The position numbers and the translations under genes were made by a program. From Planctomycetota bacterium (lineage in GTDB: Bacteria; Planctomycetota; GCA-002687715; CAIWVZ01), in assembly GCA_044222185.1 (NCBI GenBank), contig JBGANV010000005.1, forward strand, positions 402,425-466,424: 64,000 bases of DNA. The letters are read 5' to 3'. Under the pieces are notes generated by a model that saw nothing but the letters and a program-made list of their open reading frames with translations, searched no databases and had not been told where the DNA came from. This document shows, one piece after another, positions 19,512-28,929 of this stretch. The first letter of the stretch is position 1; each line of letters opens with the position of its first letter.

Positions 19512-22500
19512 GTGACGCTCCGCGGCTATCGGGTCGGCGACGTGCTCGTTCAAGACGGGTACGTCGTCCGTCGGGGAGCCCGTGAGCGCGACCTCGCGCC
19601 CGTCATCCTGAAGTCCCTCCCGCCGGGAGTCACGGACCCGCTGGCGGACGCGGCGCTTCGCCGGGAAGCGGACGTGATGGCGGGCCTGACGTTCGAAGGC
19701 GTTCCGCAGGGCGTCATCTTCGACGCACCCTCGGGCACGCTCGCCTTCGACGACGGCGGCGGCGAACTCCTGTCGACCAGGCTGCGTCGAGGCGCACTCG
19801 ACGTCGGGGACGTCCTGGCTCTCGGCACGAGCCTCGCGTCGACGCTCGCGCGGATCCACGACTGCGGGATCACGCACAAATCGCTGAATCCGCACGCGAT
19901 CCTCGTGGATGCGGAAAGTCATCAGGCGCAGGTCTTCGACTTCAGCGTCGCCACGCGGCTCGCCCAGGAGTCGCCCGAGCACGTCGCGGACGTCACGACG
20001 CCGGATCGACTCGCATTCGTCTCGCCGGAACAGACCGGGCGGATGAATCGCTCGGTCGACCACCGCACGGACCTCTATTCATTCGGCGCGGTCCTGTATG
20101 CGGCCCTCGTCGGCCGCCCGCCGTTCGACTCCGCCGACCCGCTGGACGTCGTCCATGGACACATCGCGCGGACCCCGAACGCCCCATCCCAGGTGAACGC
20201 GCAGATCCCCCGCGCGCTCTCCGACATCGTCATGAAGCTGCTCTCGAAGATGGCGGAGCAGCGATACCAGAGTGCGAGCGGCGTTGCCGCCGACCTGGAG
20301 CAATGCCGGAGACAGTGGGAGCTCACGGGTTCGATCGTTCCGTTCGCGCTGGCTCGCCGGGACGTATCGGCCACGTTCACGATCCCCGAGCATCTCTACG
20401 GCCGCGAAGCCGAGGTGGATCGGCTGCTGCGAACCTTCGAGTCGACGCTCCACGGTCCGACGGCGATGATGCTCGTCGCTGGCTACGCCGGCATCGGGAA
20501 GACGTCGCTGGTGAACGAGATCCACAAGCCGATCCTCCGGCAGAAGGGACGGTTCGTCGCGGGAAAGTTCGATCAGCTCGAACGGAGCACACCCTACGGG
20601 GCGCTGCTCCACGCACTTCGCGCGCTCGTGCGCCAGGTCCTCGCGGAGGACGACGGCGCGATTCGCCTCATCCGCGACCGCCTGTCGTCCGCACTCGGCG
20701 TCAATGCCAGCGTGATCTGCGCGGTGATACCGGAACTGGAAAGACTGGTCGGCGCGCAGCCCGCTCCTCCGAGCCTGGGGGCAACCGAGGCGCAGAACCG
20801 CTTCAACTTCGCGCTCCAGGGCTTCGTCGGAGCGTTCGCGTCGTCGGACGCGCCGCTCGTGATCTTCCTCGACGATCTGCAGTGGGCTGACTCGGCCACT
20901 CTCCGGCTCCTCCCCCAGCTCACGGCGACACCGAGCCTGCGGGGCTTGTTCCTCATCGGGGCCTATCGCGACAACGAGGTGTCCGACGATCACCCGCTCC
21001 AGCGAGCGCTCGCCGAGACCCGTCAGGGCGGGGCGATCGTCGAGCGCGTCACGTTGCGCCCGTTGCGAGCCGAACACCTGCAGCAGTTCGTCGCCGATGC
21101 GCTCCGCGTCGCGTACCACGAAGCCGAGCCGCTGGCGGCACTGATCCGGCGAAAGACCGACGGCAACCCGTTCTTCGTCGCCCAGTTCCTGAAGGCTCTC
21201 CACTCCAACGGGCTGTTGATTCTCGACAGGGACATCGGGCGGTGGACGTGCGACCTCGGGGCGGTGGAGCGGGCGGCGATCACCGAGAACGTCGTCGACC
21301 TGATGACGCGCAAGCTGCGGGACCTCGCGCCTCAGACCCAGCAGGCCCTGATGCTCGCTGCCTGCGTCGGGTCGACGTTCAGTCTCCAGACCGTCGGAAC
21401 GATCCGCGAGCGACCGCTCCGCATCGTCGCGGCCGAACTGTGGGAGTCCATCCAGGCGGGGCTCCTCATTCCCACGAACGAGCGCTGGGAGCAGTACGCC
21501 GACGCACCAGAAACCGTCCTCGCGACGATCGGCGCGGGGTTCAGGTTCCTTCACGACCGGGTCCAACAGGCGGCTTATGGACTGATTCCCGAGGACGAGC
21601 GCAAGCCACTGCATTTGCGGATCGGCCGGCTGCTGCTCGCCGAGTGTGGTGACGACGTGGACGACGCGCGGCTCTTCGCCGTGGTCGAGCACCTGAACGT
21701 CGGTGGCGAGCTCATCCAGGACTCTGACGAACGACTGCGTCTCGTTCGGCTCAACCTCGTCGCCGGCCGACGAGCCAAGACTTCGGCGGCATTTCGGGCG
21801 GCGCTGAGGCACTTCGAGTGCGGCGTCGAGATCCTCCCCGTCGATCGGTGGGAAACCCAGTACGACCTGACCCTCGCGCTCACGCTGGAACTGGCGGAGT
21901 GCCGCTACCTCTGTGGCGCATTCGCGGAAGCCGAGGATGCCTACGACGGACTGCTCCGGCGGGTCCGCATGCCGATCGAGAAGGCCGTCGTCCGTCGCAT
22001 GCAGCTCGTTCAACACGAGAGCCAGGCGCGTTACGCCGAAGCCCTCGCCGCGGGCCGCGAAGGGTTGGCGCTGCTCGGCATCCAGCTGCCCGAGGGCGAA
22101 GCCGCGAAGAAGGAGGCGCTGGCGCGCGAACTTCGCGCGATCAGGGCAGCCCTCGCCACGCGCTCGATCGCCACGCTCGTCGATCTGCCGACGATGGCCG
22201 ACCCGGGGACGAAGATGCTCGTCTCCCTCGCCACCGCCATGTGGGCACCGGCGTACATCCTGGGCGACCGCGTGCTCGCGTCGCTGCTCTCGGCGCGCAT
22301 GATCACGCTCTCGATCGAGCACGGAAACACGGAGGAGTCGGCGTATGGGTACGTGACCCACGCGATCGCCGTGGGTCCCGTCGCGGGCGATTATCGATCG
22401 GCCTACGAATGGGGCGATCTCGCCCTGCGCGTGACCGATCGGTTCCCCGATCGAAAGCTCCGCGCCAAGATCCACCAGCAATTCAACGCGCACGTGGCCT

Positions 22501-25007
22501 TGTGGCGGCGACCGTTTCAAACGTCGATCATGCACGCGCGTGAGGCCTGTCGGTGCGGCGTCGAGACGGGCGATTTCATGTACGCGGGCTACGGAGCATT
22601 CACGGAGTCGTGGTCGGCCATGCTCGTTTGCCGCGACCTCGAGGGATTCGTGCGCGAGTTCACGCCGACGGTCGCCTTGCTCGAGCGGCTTCGCCTGCCG
22701 ACTCTCTCCCAGGCGCAGGAGCTCATCTTGAACTGGGCCCGGGCGCTCCAGGGGCGAACGGTCGGTCCGCTGTCGCTCGATCACGGGGCGTTCACCGAAG
22801 CCGCCTACCTGGAGCGAAACGCGGCGAACCGGTTCAACCTGACGTTCTGCTTCGTGATGAAGCTGCAGCTCGCCGTGCTCTTCGGCGAGACGACGCAGGC
22901 ACGCGAGTTCGCACGCCGCGCCCGAACGGAGGCCTGGACTCCCCTCGGCACGATCTGGCCCGTGCTCATCGACTTCTGGGAGGGTCTGGCGCTGGCCGCG
23001 TCCCACGACGCCGAGCCAGAGGCGGAGCGTCCCGTGCTCTGCGAAACCGTGGCGCGGGCGCAGGAAGCGATGCAACGGCTCGCGGACAACTGCCCGGAGA
23101 ACTTCGCGGGATTCGCTCGCATCCTCGCGGGCGAGCTGGCACGGATCCACGGGGATGCGGACTCCGCGGCCCAGGCGTTCGACGACGCCGTCCGTCACGG
23201 CCGCGAGACGGCGAACCTCTCCACGGAGGCGCTGGCGAACGAACTGTGCGCGCGAATGTGGATCGCGCATGGACGGGAGGCCGTCGCGGCCGCTCACCTC
23301 GGCGAGGCCCATCGATGCTGGGCGTCGTGGCGCGCGACGGCCAAGGTCGCGGATCTCCAACGACGCCACGGAAAACTCCTGCGGCCGAGCCCTGACGAGA
23401 GTTCGGCCGGGGCGACGCTTCGAGGCCTGGACGTCGCGACGGCGCTGAAGGCGGCGCACGCGATCTCCGCAGAGATCGAGCTCGACCGGCTCCTTCGAAC
23501 GCTCGTGAGCATCGCTGCGGAGAACGCGGGAGCGACGCGCGGGATCCTCATCGCGGACCGAGGCGGGCGACTGGCGGTGCTCGCCGAGGGAACGGGTGCC
23601 GCCGTCGCGCTTTCCGGCACTCCGCTGGACGGCCGAACCGACCTCGCCAAGTCCGTCGTGATGCTCGCGATGCGAACGACGGAGTGCATTCACGTGGACG
23701 ACGCCACGTGTGATCCGCGGTTCCTGGCGGATCCGTACCTCGGATCAGCCGGTCCACGATCGATCCTCTGCGTCCCCATCGTCCACCAAGGCCGATCCGG
23801 CGGGCTGATCTACCTCGAGAACGATCTGGCGGCGCACGCATTCGGGCGTGATCGGATCGAGATGATGCAGATCCTCTCGGCGGAGGCTGCGATCGCGCTG
23901 GAGAACGCCCGCCTCTACGACGAGATGCGGCAGGAAGTGGAGCGGCGCACGCGCGCGGAGAAGGCGCTTCAGGGCGCGGTGGCGGAGCTGCAGCGTCTGA
24001 AGGACCGCCTCCACGCCGAGAACGTCTACCTCCAGGAAGAGATTCGCACGCAGCACAACTTCGACGAGATCGTCGGCGCCAGCCCCGCGCTCCTCGAAGC
24101 GCTGAAGAAGGTCGAGCAGGTTTCCCAGACCGAGGCCACGGTGCTCATCCTCGGCGAGACCGGCTCGGGCAAGGAGCTCTTCGCCCGCGCGATCCACAGC
24201 CGCAGCCATCGCAGCACGCGGCCGCTCGTCAAGGTCAACTGCGGTGCGATTCCGGCCGGGCTGGTGGAGAGCGAGATCTTCGGCCACGTGAAAGGAGCGT
24301 TCACGGGGGCGCTCCAGAACCGCACCGGCCGGTTCGAAGTGGCGAACGGCGGCACGATCTTCCTGGACGAGGTGGGTGAACTCCCTGCCGACACGCAGGT
24401 CAAGCTCCTGCGCGTTCTGCAGGAGCGTGAGTTCGAGCCGGTCGGCGGAACGAAGACCGTTCGTGTCGACGTGCGCGTCATCGCCGCCACGAATCGCAAC
24501 CTGGAGGAAGCGGTCGCGGCGGGGCGCTTCCGCGCGGACCTCCTCTACCGGCTGAACGTGTTCCCGATCCGGGTGCCTTCCCTGCGCGAGCGCGCGTCCG
24601 ACATTCCCATGCTCGTCTCGTTCCTCATCGACGGGCTGTCGAAGCGGCTCGGCAAGCCGCTGAGCGGCGTCAGTCGCCGGAGCATGGAGCGGCTGGTGGC
24701 CTACGGGTGGCCAGGCAACGTGCGTGAGCTTCAGAACGTCATCGAGCGCGCCGCGATCCTCGCGACGTCACCCGTCATCGATCTGGGCGACGACGTGCTG
24801 ACACCCCAGCGACCGGTCGACGGCTCATCCGAGGGGACGACGCTCGAGGAGGTCGAGCGGCGGCACATCGAGAGGACGCTGCGGGCGACGCGCGGGGTCG
24901 TCGAAGGCCCTGCCGGCGCGGCGACGATCCTCGGACTCCACCCCAACACGCTCCGCAGCCGCCTGAAGAAGCTCGGCATCGACCGATCGAGCCACGACAT
25001 TTCGTAG
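19512..25007 (+). CDS. Giant regulator: degenerate Ser/Thr kinase + STAND-type AAA ATPase + helical repeats + GAF + sigma54 activator (bEBP) + Fis-type HTH
   Basis: SPEQTGRMNR..D.RTDLYS.G (kinase C-lobe); GYAGIGKT and IFLDDLQWAD; F.F.HDRVQQAAY; GAF SILCVPI..YLEN; GETGSGKE, GAFTGA, FLDEVGE, WPGNVRELQN; GAA.ILG..PNTL.SR HTH. GTG 19512 follows gaagggga. Confidence 0.92.
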   Translation: MTLRGYRVGDVLVQDGYVVRRGARERDLAPVILKSLPPGVTDPLADAALRREADVMAGLTFEGVPQGVIFDAPSGTLAFDDGGGELLSTRLRRGALDVGDVLALGTSLASTLARIHDCGITHKSLNPHAILVDAESHQAQVFDFSVATRLAQESPEHVADVTTPDRLAFVSPEQTGRMNRSVDHRTDLYSFGAVLYAALVGRPPFDSADPLDVVHGHIARTPNAPSQVNAQIPRALSDIVMKLLSKMAEQRYQSASGVAADLEQCRRQWELTGSIVPFALARRDVSATFTIPEHLYGREAEVDRLLRTFESTLHGPTAMMLVAGYAGIGKTSLVNEIHKPILRQKGRFVAGKFDQLERSTPYGALLHALRALVRQVLAEDDGAIRLIRDRLSSALGVNASVICAVIPELERLVGAQPAPPSLGATEAQNRFNFALQGFVGAFASSDAPLVIFLDDLQWADSATLRLLPQLTATPSLRGLFLIGAYRDNEVSDDHPLQRALAETRQGGAIVERVTLRPLRAEHLQQFVADALRVAYHEAEPLAALIRRKTDGNPFFVAQFLKALHSNGLLILDRDIGRWTCDLGAVERAAITENVVDLMTRKLRDLAPQTQQALMLAACVGSTFSLQTVGTIRERPLRIVAAELWESIQAGLLIPTNERWEQYADAPETVLATIGAGFRFLHDRVQQAAYGLIPEDERKPLHLRIGRLLLAECGDDVDDARLFAVVEHLNVGGELIQDSDERLRLVRLNLVAGRRAKTSAAFRAALRHFECGVEILPVDRWETQYDLTLALTLELAECRYLCGAFAEAEDAYDGLLRRVRMPIEKAVVRRMQLVQHESQARYAEALAAGREGLALLGIQLPEGEAAKKEALARELRAIRAALATRSIATLVDLPTMADPGTKMLVSLATAMWAPAYILGDRVLASLLSARMITLSIEHGNTEESAYGYVTHAIAVGPVAGDYRSAYEWGDLALRVTDRFPDRKLRAKIHQQFNAHVALWRRPFQTSIMHAREACRCGVETGDFMYAGYGAFTESWSAMLVCRDLEGFVREFTPTVALLERLRLPTLSQAQELILNWARALQGRTVGPLSLDHGAFTEAAYLERNAANRFNLTFCFVMKLQLAVLFGETTQAREFARRARTEAWTPLGTIWPVLIDFWEGLALAASHDAEPEAERPVLCETVARAQEAMQRLADNCPENFAGFARILAGELARIHGDADSAAQAFDDAVRHGRETANLSTEALANELCARMWIAHGREAVAAAHLGEAHRCWASWRATAKVADLQRRHGKLLRPSPDESSAGATLRGLDVATALKAAHAISAEIELDRLLRTLVSIAAENAGATRGILIADRGGRLAVLAEGTGAAVALSGTPLDGRTDLAKSVVMLAMRTTECIHVDDATCDPRFLADPYLGSAGPRSILCVPIVHQGRSGGLIYLENDLAAHAFGRDRIEMMQILSAEAAIALENARLYDEMRQEVERRTRAEKALQGAVAELQRLKDRLHAENVYLQEEIRTQHNFDEIVGASPALLEALKKVEQVSQTEATVLILGETGSGKELFARAIHSRSHRSTRPLVKVNCGAIPAGLVESEIFGHVKGAFTGALQNRTGRFEVANGGTIFLDEVGELPADTQVKLLRVLQEREFEPVGGTKTVRVDVRVIAATNRNLEEAVAAGRFRADLLYRLNVFPIRVPSLRERASDIPMLVSFLIDGLSKRLGKPLSGVSRRSMERLVAYGWPGNVRELQNVIERAAILATSPVIDLGDDVLTPQRPVDGSSEGTTLEEVERRHIERTLRATRGVVEGPAGAATILGLHPNTLRSRLKKLGIDRSSHDIS

Positions 25008-25028
25008 GACCCACGAGATTTCGGAGGA
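24992..25028 (+). promoter_or_regulatory. Candidate upstream activator sequence: 18-bp direct repeat x2 with quasi-palindromic cores
   Basis: ccacgacatttcgtagga (24992-25009) and ccacgagatttcggagga (25011-25028), about 100-140 bp upstream of the predicted sigma54 start site. Confidence 0.55.
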
Positions 25029-25103
25029 GCGGGGTGGCGGTGCGACGCGGCGCCGTGCACATAGCCTCTGAGTCGCACTGAACTTGCGTCCGTTCGCCGG
25101 CTC

Positions 25104-25119
25104 CGGCACGCGCCTCGCT
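25104..25119 (+). promoter_or_regulatory. Candidate sigma54 -24/-12 promoter
   Basis: CGGCACG-CGCC-TCGCT with exact GG-N10-GC spacing (consensus TGGCACG-N4-TTGCW), just downstream of a bEBP gene; predicted +1 near ATG 25131. Confidence 0.7.
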
Positions 25120-25130
25120 AAGTGCGGTGC

Positions 25131-25394
25131 ATGCTCCGCATCACCCACGACGTCACCACGACCGCTTCGACCCTCACGATCGAGGGGCAGGTGCGGGGGC
25201 CATGGGTTGCAGAACTCCGACGCGCCGTCGCCCAGGCCGGGGCTCCCGGGCGCGCCATCCACGTGGACGCCGCGGGCGTGCGGTTCGCCGACTCCGACGG
25301 CACGGCGCTCCTCCGCGAACTCGCCCGCCAGGGTGTGACGTTCGTCCGCACCTCCCCCTTCGTCGACCACCTGCTCGGTCGAGACATCACATGA
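25131..25394 (+). CDS. Small STAS-like (anti-anti-sigma fold) protein
   Basis: MLRIT..TLTIEGQVRGPWVAEL ... VDAAGVRFADSDG..LL, resembling the STAS D...V.F.DS.G motif; ATGA overlap with the next gene. Confidence 0.7.
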   Translation: MLRITHDVTTTASTLTIEGQVRGPWVAELRRAVAQAGAPGRAIHVDAAGVRFADSDGTALLRELARQGVTFVRTSPFVDHLLGRDIT

Positions 25395-26032
25395 GATCAG
25401 CCGCCTCGTCCGCCATTCACTCCGCGTCCTCGACGTACGCCCAGGAAACCGATCAGGCACTCGTCGACCGCCTTCGGGCTGGGGACGATGACGCCGCGGA
25501 GTGGCTCATCCGGACCTACTCGCCCGGGCTCCTTGCGACCGCGCGCCGCTACGTTCGCGGCGATGACGACGCTCAGGACGTGCTCCAGGAGGCCTTCCTC
25601 CAGGCGCTGCGTGCGCTCGACCAGTTCCGGGCCGATTCCCGACTGGCGACATGGCTGCATCGCATCGTGATCAACGCGGCGTTGATGAAGCTCCGTTCGC
25701 GGCGACGGCGCCCGGAGCTGGCGCTCGATGACCTCCTCCCGAGCTTCGACACCGAAGGCCGACACGCATCACCGGTTGCAGCCTGGCACTGTGGTGCCGA
25801 GGCGGCGCTCGAAGGCAGCGAGCTTCGTGCACTGGTTCGGGGAGCGATCGCGCGCCTCCCAGCGGCCTACCGCGAGGTGATCATCCTCCGGGACATCGAA
25901 GGCCTCGACACGGCGGAGGCGGCGGAGGCGCTCGGGACGACGGTCGCCGCGGTGAAGGTGCGGCTGCATCGCGCGCGGATCGCGCTGCGTGCGTTGATCG
26001 AGCCGCTCATGCGCGACGCCGTCCCGACATGA
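25391..26032 (+). CDS. ECF-family sigma factor with no adjacent anti-sigma
   Basis: DQALV.RLRAGD, DAQDVLQEAFL, TWLHRIVIN, LP.AYREV.ILRDIEGL..EAAEALG, VK.RLHRAR; start ATG 25391. Confidence 0.92.
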   Translation: MRSAASSAIHSASSTYAQETDQALVDRLRAGDDDAAEWLIRTYSPGLLATARRYVRGDDDAQDVLQEAFLQALRALDQFRADSRLATWLHRIVINAALMKLRSRRRRPELALDDLLPSFDTEGRHASPVAAWHCGAEAALEGSELRALVRGAIARLPAAYREVIILRDIEGLDTAEAAEALGTTVAAVKVRLHRARIALRALIEPLMRDAVPT

Positions 26033-26107
26033 GTCCGAGCCGGCGCGGCGGTGCGCGGCGTGCGAGCGGCGGCGACGACGCCGGCCCGCCCGCACGGCCC
26101 ACGGCGA

Positions 26108-27757
26108 TCACGGGAACTGTTGCGTGTCGACGTCTGTGAGGCTCGTCGTCGCCCCGACGATCTGAACCGACCGTGCCTGCAGCGTGATCGGGAAGTTCAG
26201 TCCGGGGATCTGCTGGTGGTACGCCCCAGACGCATTCGTCGTCGCCGTGAGCGGCGGGATGCCGTACAGCGCGATGAAGTTGGTGAAGGCGGAGACGTCC
26301 AGTCCGAAGAACGGCCCGGATCCGGCCGGCGTCAGGGGCGTCGTGCTCACGAGCGTGTAGACGACCTGATTCGGCGCCGCGTTCGAGATCGAGAAGTCCA
26401 GCACGCCCGTCGACGGCTTGCTGATGTCGAGCGTGAACGTGGGCGCCGGCGGAACCTGCATGAACACGTGATAGCCGACGCAATTGCCGACGATGAAGTC
26501 CAGCGCGCCGTCGTTGTTCAGGTCGATGAACGCCGTGTCGTGCGTGCCCGTCGTGTAGATGTTCGGCGTGATTCCTGCCTGGGCGTAGTCATCCGTGAGG
26601 ATGATGGGGTCGTTCGGATGCACCGTGAGGAGCACCGCGTGCCGGCTGCAGCCGGGGATGTCTACGTCCGTGTCGTCGAGCGCCACGTACCGCTTGCCGT
26701 TCATCGTGATCACGTAGGCGTTCCCGGAGAACCCGGTCGTATTCGGCGAGAAGCCCGGCTGCCCAGCGTTCGTGTTCAACGCGAACGTGGCGAAGGTCGG
26801 ATTCCCCGACGTCGGATAGGGGGAAGTCGTGTTGAGGCTGTAGGCATCCTGGGGGTCACGGCCCTGGTAGATGTCGACCTTGCCGTCACCGTCGAGGTCA
26901 CCCACGGCCGACACGTACGTCGCGTTGGCCGACACCTGCAGCATCGTGTTGAAGCCTCCCGCCCCGTTGTTGACGTGGAGCTTCATCAGACCAGCCGTGC
27001 CGTCGGACTCGGCGATGTCCTTCCAGCCGTCGCCGTTGAAGTCGGCGAAGTTGATCTCCACGGAGAAGTTGCTGGACGGGTTGGCCAGGCGCGTCGACGT
27101 CACGTCCGTGAAGAAGCCGGCGCCGTTGTTCAGCAGCAACCGATCCTCGAGCGTGTTGTTGTAGTCGCCCAGCATCAGGTCGAGGTCGCCGTCGTTGTCG
27201 ATGTCCCCGGCCGAACCCGCGCAAAAGCGCGGAACGGGATTGAAGGTCGGGACGTGGCCCGGCTCCAGCAGCAGCCCCTGCCAGACGCCGCCCACGGAGC
27301 CCAGGTTCCGGTAGTAGTCGGTCTGGAAGCTCGTCGGCGCATTGGGCGGCTCGGTGTTCGTGTTCACCACGATCACGTCGAGCCAGCCGTCGCCGTTGAA
27401 GTCGCCGATGATCGGCTTTCGCGCGAGCGTCGGAGTCAGGAATCCCGGCGCCAACGCGGAGGTCATGTCCGTGAGGACGCCGTTCACGTTCATCAGAAGG
27501 AAGTGCGTGCGCGGGCCGGGGGCGTAGAACGCCTCCTTTCGGACGCAGACGAGGTCGAGATCGCCGTCGTTGTCCAAGTCGCCCGTCTCGAAGTCCTTCT
27601 CATCCGGGTCAGTCGTGACGTTCGGCATGATGAGCCGCGTCGAGACCTGGTCGACGAAGACGGGAAGTTGGGCCTGCCCCACGCCGACGCCCGTAACCAG
27701 GGTGACCGCAGCGGCAACGGCCAGCAGCCGGCGCGCGATCGAGTTGCAATCAGTCAT
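26108..27757 (-). CDS. Secreted FG-GAP/VCBS repeat protein with shared C-terminal domain
   Basis: Signal peptide; about 6 repeats of GDLDNDGDLD / GDFNGDGWLD; C-terminal P.GSGPFFG..TNASG domain. Confidence 0.85.
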   Translation of the reverse strand: MTDCNSIARRLLAVAAAVTLVTGVGVGQAQLPVFVDQVSTRLIMPNVTTDPDEKDFETGDLDNDGDLDLVCVRKEAFYAPGPRTHFLLMNVNGVLTDMTSALAPGFLTPTLARKPIIGDFNGDGWLDVIVVNTNTEPPNAPTSFQTDYYRNLGSVGGVWQGLLLEPGHVPTFNPVPRFCAGSAGDIDNDGDLDLMLGDYNNTLEDRLLLNNGAGFFTDVTSTRLANPSSNFSVEINFADFNGDGWKDIAESDGTAGLMKLHVNNGAGGFNTMLQVSANATYVSAVGDLDGDGKVDIYQGRDPQDAYSLNTTSPYPTSGNPTFATFALNTNAGQPGFSPNTTGFSGNAYVITMNGKRYVALDDTDVDIPGCSRHAVLLTVHPNDPIILTDDYAQAGITPNIYTTGTHDTAFIDLNNDGALDFIVGNCVGYHVFMQVPPAPTFTLDISKPSTGVLDFSISNAAPNQVVYTLVSTTPLTPAGSGPFFGLDVSAFTNFIALYGIPPLTATTNASGAYHQQIPGLNFPITLQARSVQIVGATTSLTDVDTQQFP

Positions 27758-27812
27758 CCAGAGTCTCCTCGTGAAGGTTCGTTGGTTGGTCGTGTTGCCG
27801 ACGGGCGGCCCG

Positions 27813-28811
27813 TCACGTCGTGAAGCGCTGTGGCGCCGTCCATTCGACGATGTTGCCGCCCGCGATTCGCAGGCCGACCGCGTCGAACGTCAGCCCGGCC
27901 GGGATGTTGATCGGACCGAGCGAGAACTGGCCGGTAGCGCTCAACAGCACGTGGAAGGGGATCGAGCCGATCGGGCTGAGCACTTGGGAAATGATCCCGT
28001 CATCGAATGCGATCCCGAACACCGGGCCCGTACCCGCCGGCTGCACCAGCGAGAAGCTGAACAGGTTGTAGACCTCGGCTCCCGGATTCGCGGGCGCCTG
28101 GTTGCGGAACGTGTACTGCCCGCCCCCGTTGTTGACGAGGGAGATGGACATGGGTGGCGGCGGGACGGTCCCGAGTCGAACGTTGTCCAGGTAGGCCGAA
28201 GACGGAACGGCCCCGTCACCGACGTTCGCGACGTAGATGCGAAGGGTGAATGCAGTCGACGGAGTCGACGACGGGAACAAGGCGAGGAGATCGACGGAGA
28301 TCGTCGCCTTTGCGGTCGCTGGATTGCCGCTCGTCGCGGCGCACGCCGTCTGCGAGAACTGGCCGGTCGCCGAGTCGATGAGTGCGAGCTGCACCGTGGT
28401 GGTCCCGCTGGAGATCGTCACGGCGGTGAAGTCGTTGAACGTCATCTGCCCAGGCCCCTCCGCCGTGATGAACGCGAGGTCGAGCTGCAGGAAGGTGTTC
28501 GTCGCGGTACCCGTCGTGAACGTCTGGCTGATGTTGTTCGCGTTCGAATAGGACGCGGTGGTCGCCTGCGGGCCGGCGTCCACTCGGACCCACTTCGAGC
28601 CCTGGGACGGGAACCCGATGCCCGTTTCCAGCACGCAGCCCTGATAGGGGAAGATGCGCGCGACGCCCGTCGCGGACCCGACCCATCCCGTGGGCATCGT
28701 CGTCGATCCGGCGGTGGCGCCCTCGAATGACCCTTGGCTGATCTGCGCAACCACACCGGCGCTCGCGACGAGCGCCACGGCGAGCGTGGAAACCAGGAGA
28801 CGTTCCTTCAT
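27813..28811 (-). CDS. Secreted hypothetical protein (jelly-roll-like N-domain) with shared C-terminal domain
   Basis: Signal peptide ending VVA-Q; SFE..P.GW and FNDF..AYLDNV motifs; C-terminal PAGTGPVFG..PFHV.L.A.G domain. Confidence 0.7.
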   Translation of the reverse strand: MKERLLVSTLAVALVASAGVVAQISQGSFEGATAGSTTMPTGWVGSATGVARIFPYQGCVLETGIGFPSQGSKWVRVDAGPQATTASYSNANNISQTFTTGTATNTFLQLDLAFITAEGPGQMTFNDFTAVTISSGTTTVQLALIDSATGQFSQTACAATSGNPATAKATISVDLLALFPSSTPSTAFTLRIYVANVGDGAVPSSAYLDNVRLGTVPPPPMSISLVNNGGGQYTFRNQAPANPGAEVYNLFSFSLVQPAGTGPVFGIAFDDGIISQVLSPIGSIPFHVLLSATGQFSLGPINIPAGLTFDAVGLRIAGGNIVEWTAPQRFTT

Positions 28812-28929
28812 CGATGTCCTCGGCTTTCAGATCGAGATGCAATCGCACACGACGCGAGGGCCGCGGCGACGACCAACCTGCGGGCGGGAGCTTGCCCGTC
28901 CGCATTGCGGCGTGCGGAACTATCGTCGT

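Noticed and set aside
20079-23693. 1204 aa ORF on the - strand
   Set aside because: Antisense shadow of the giant activator; no domain signatures
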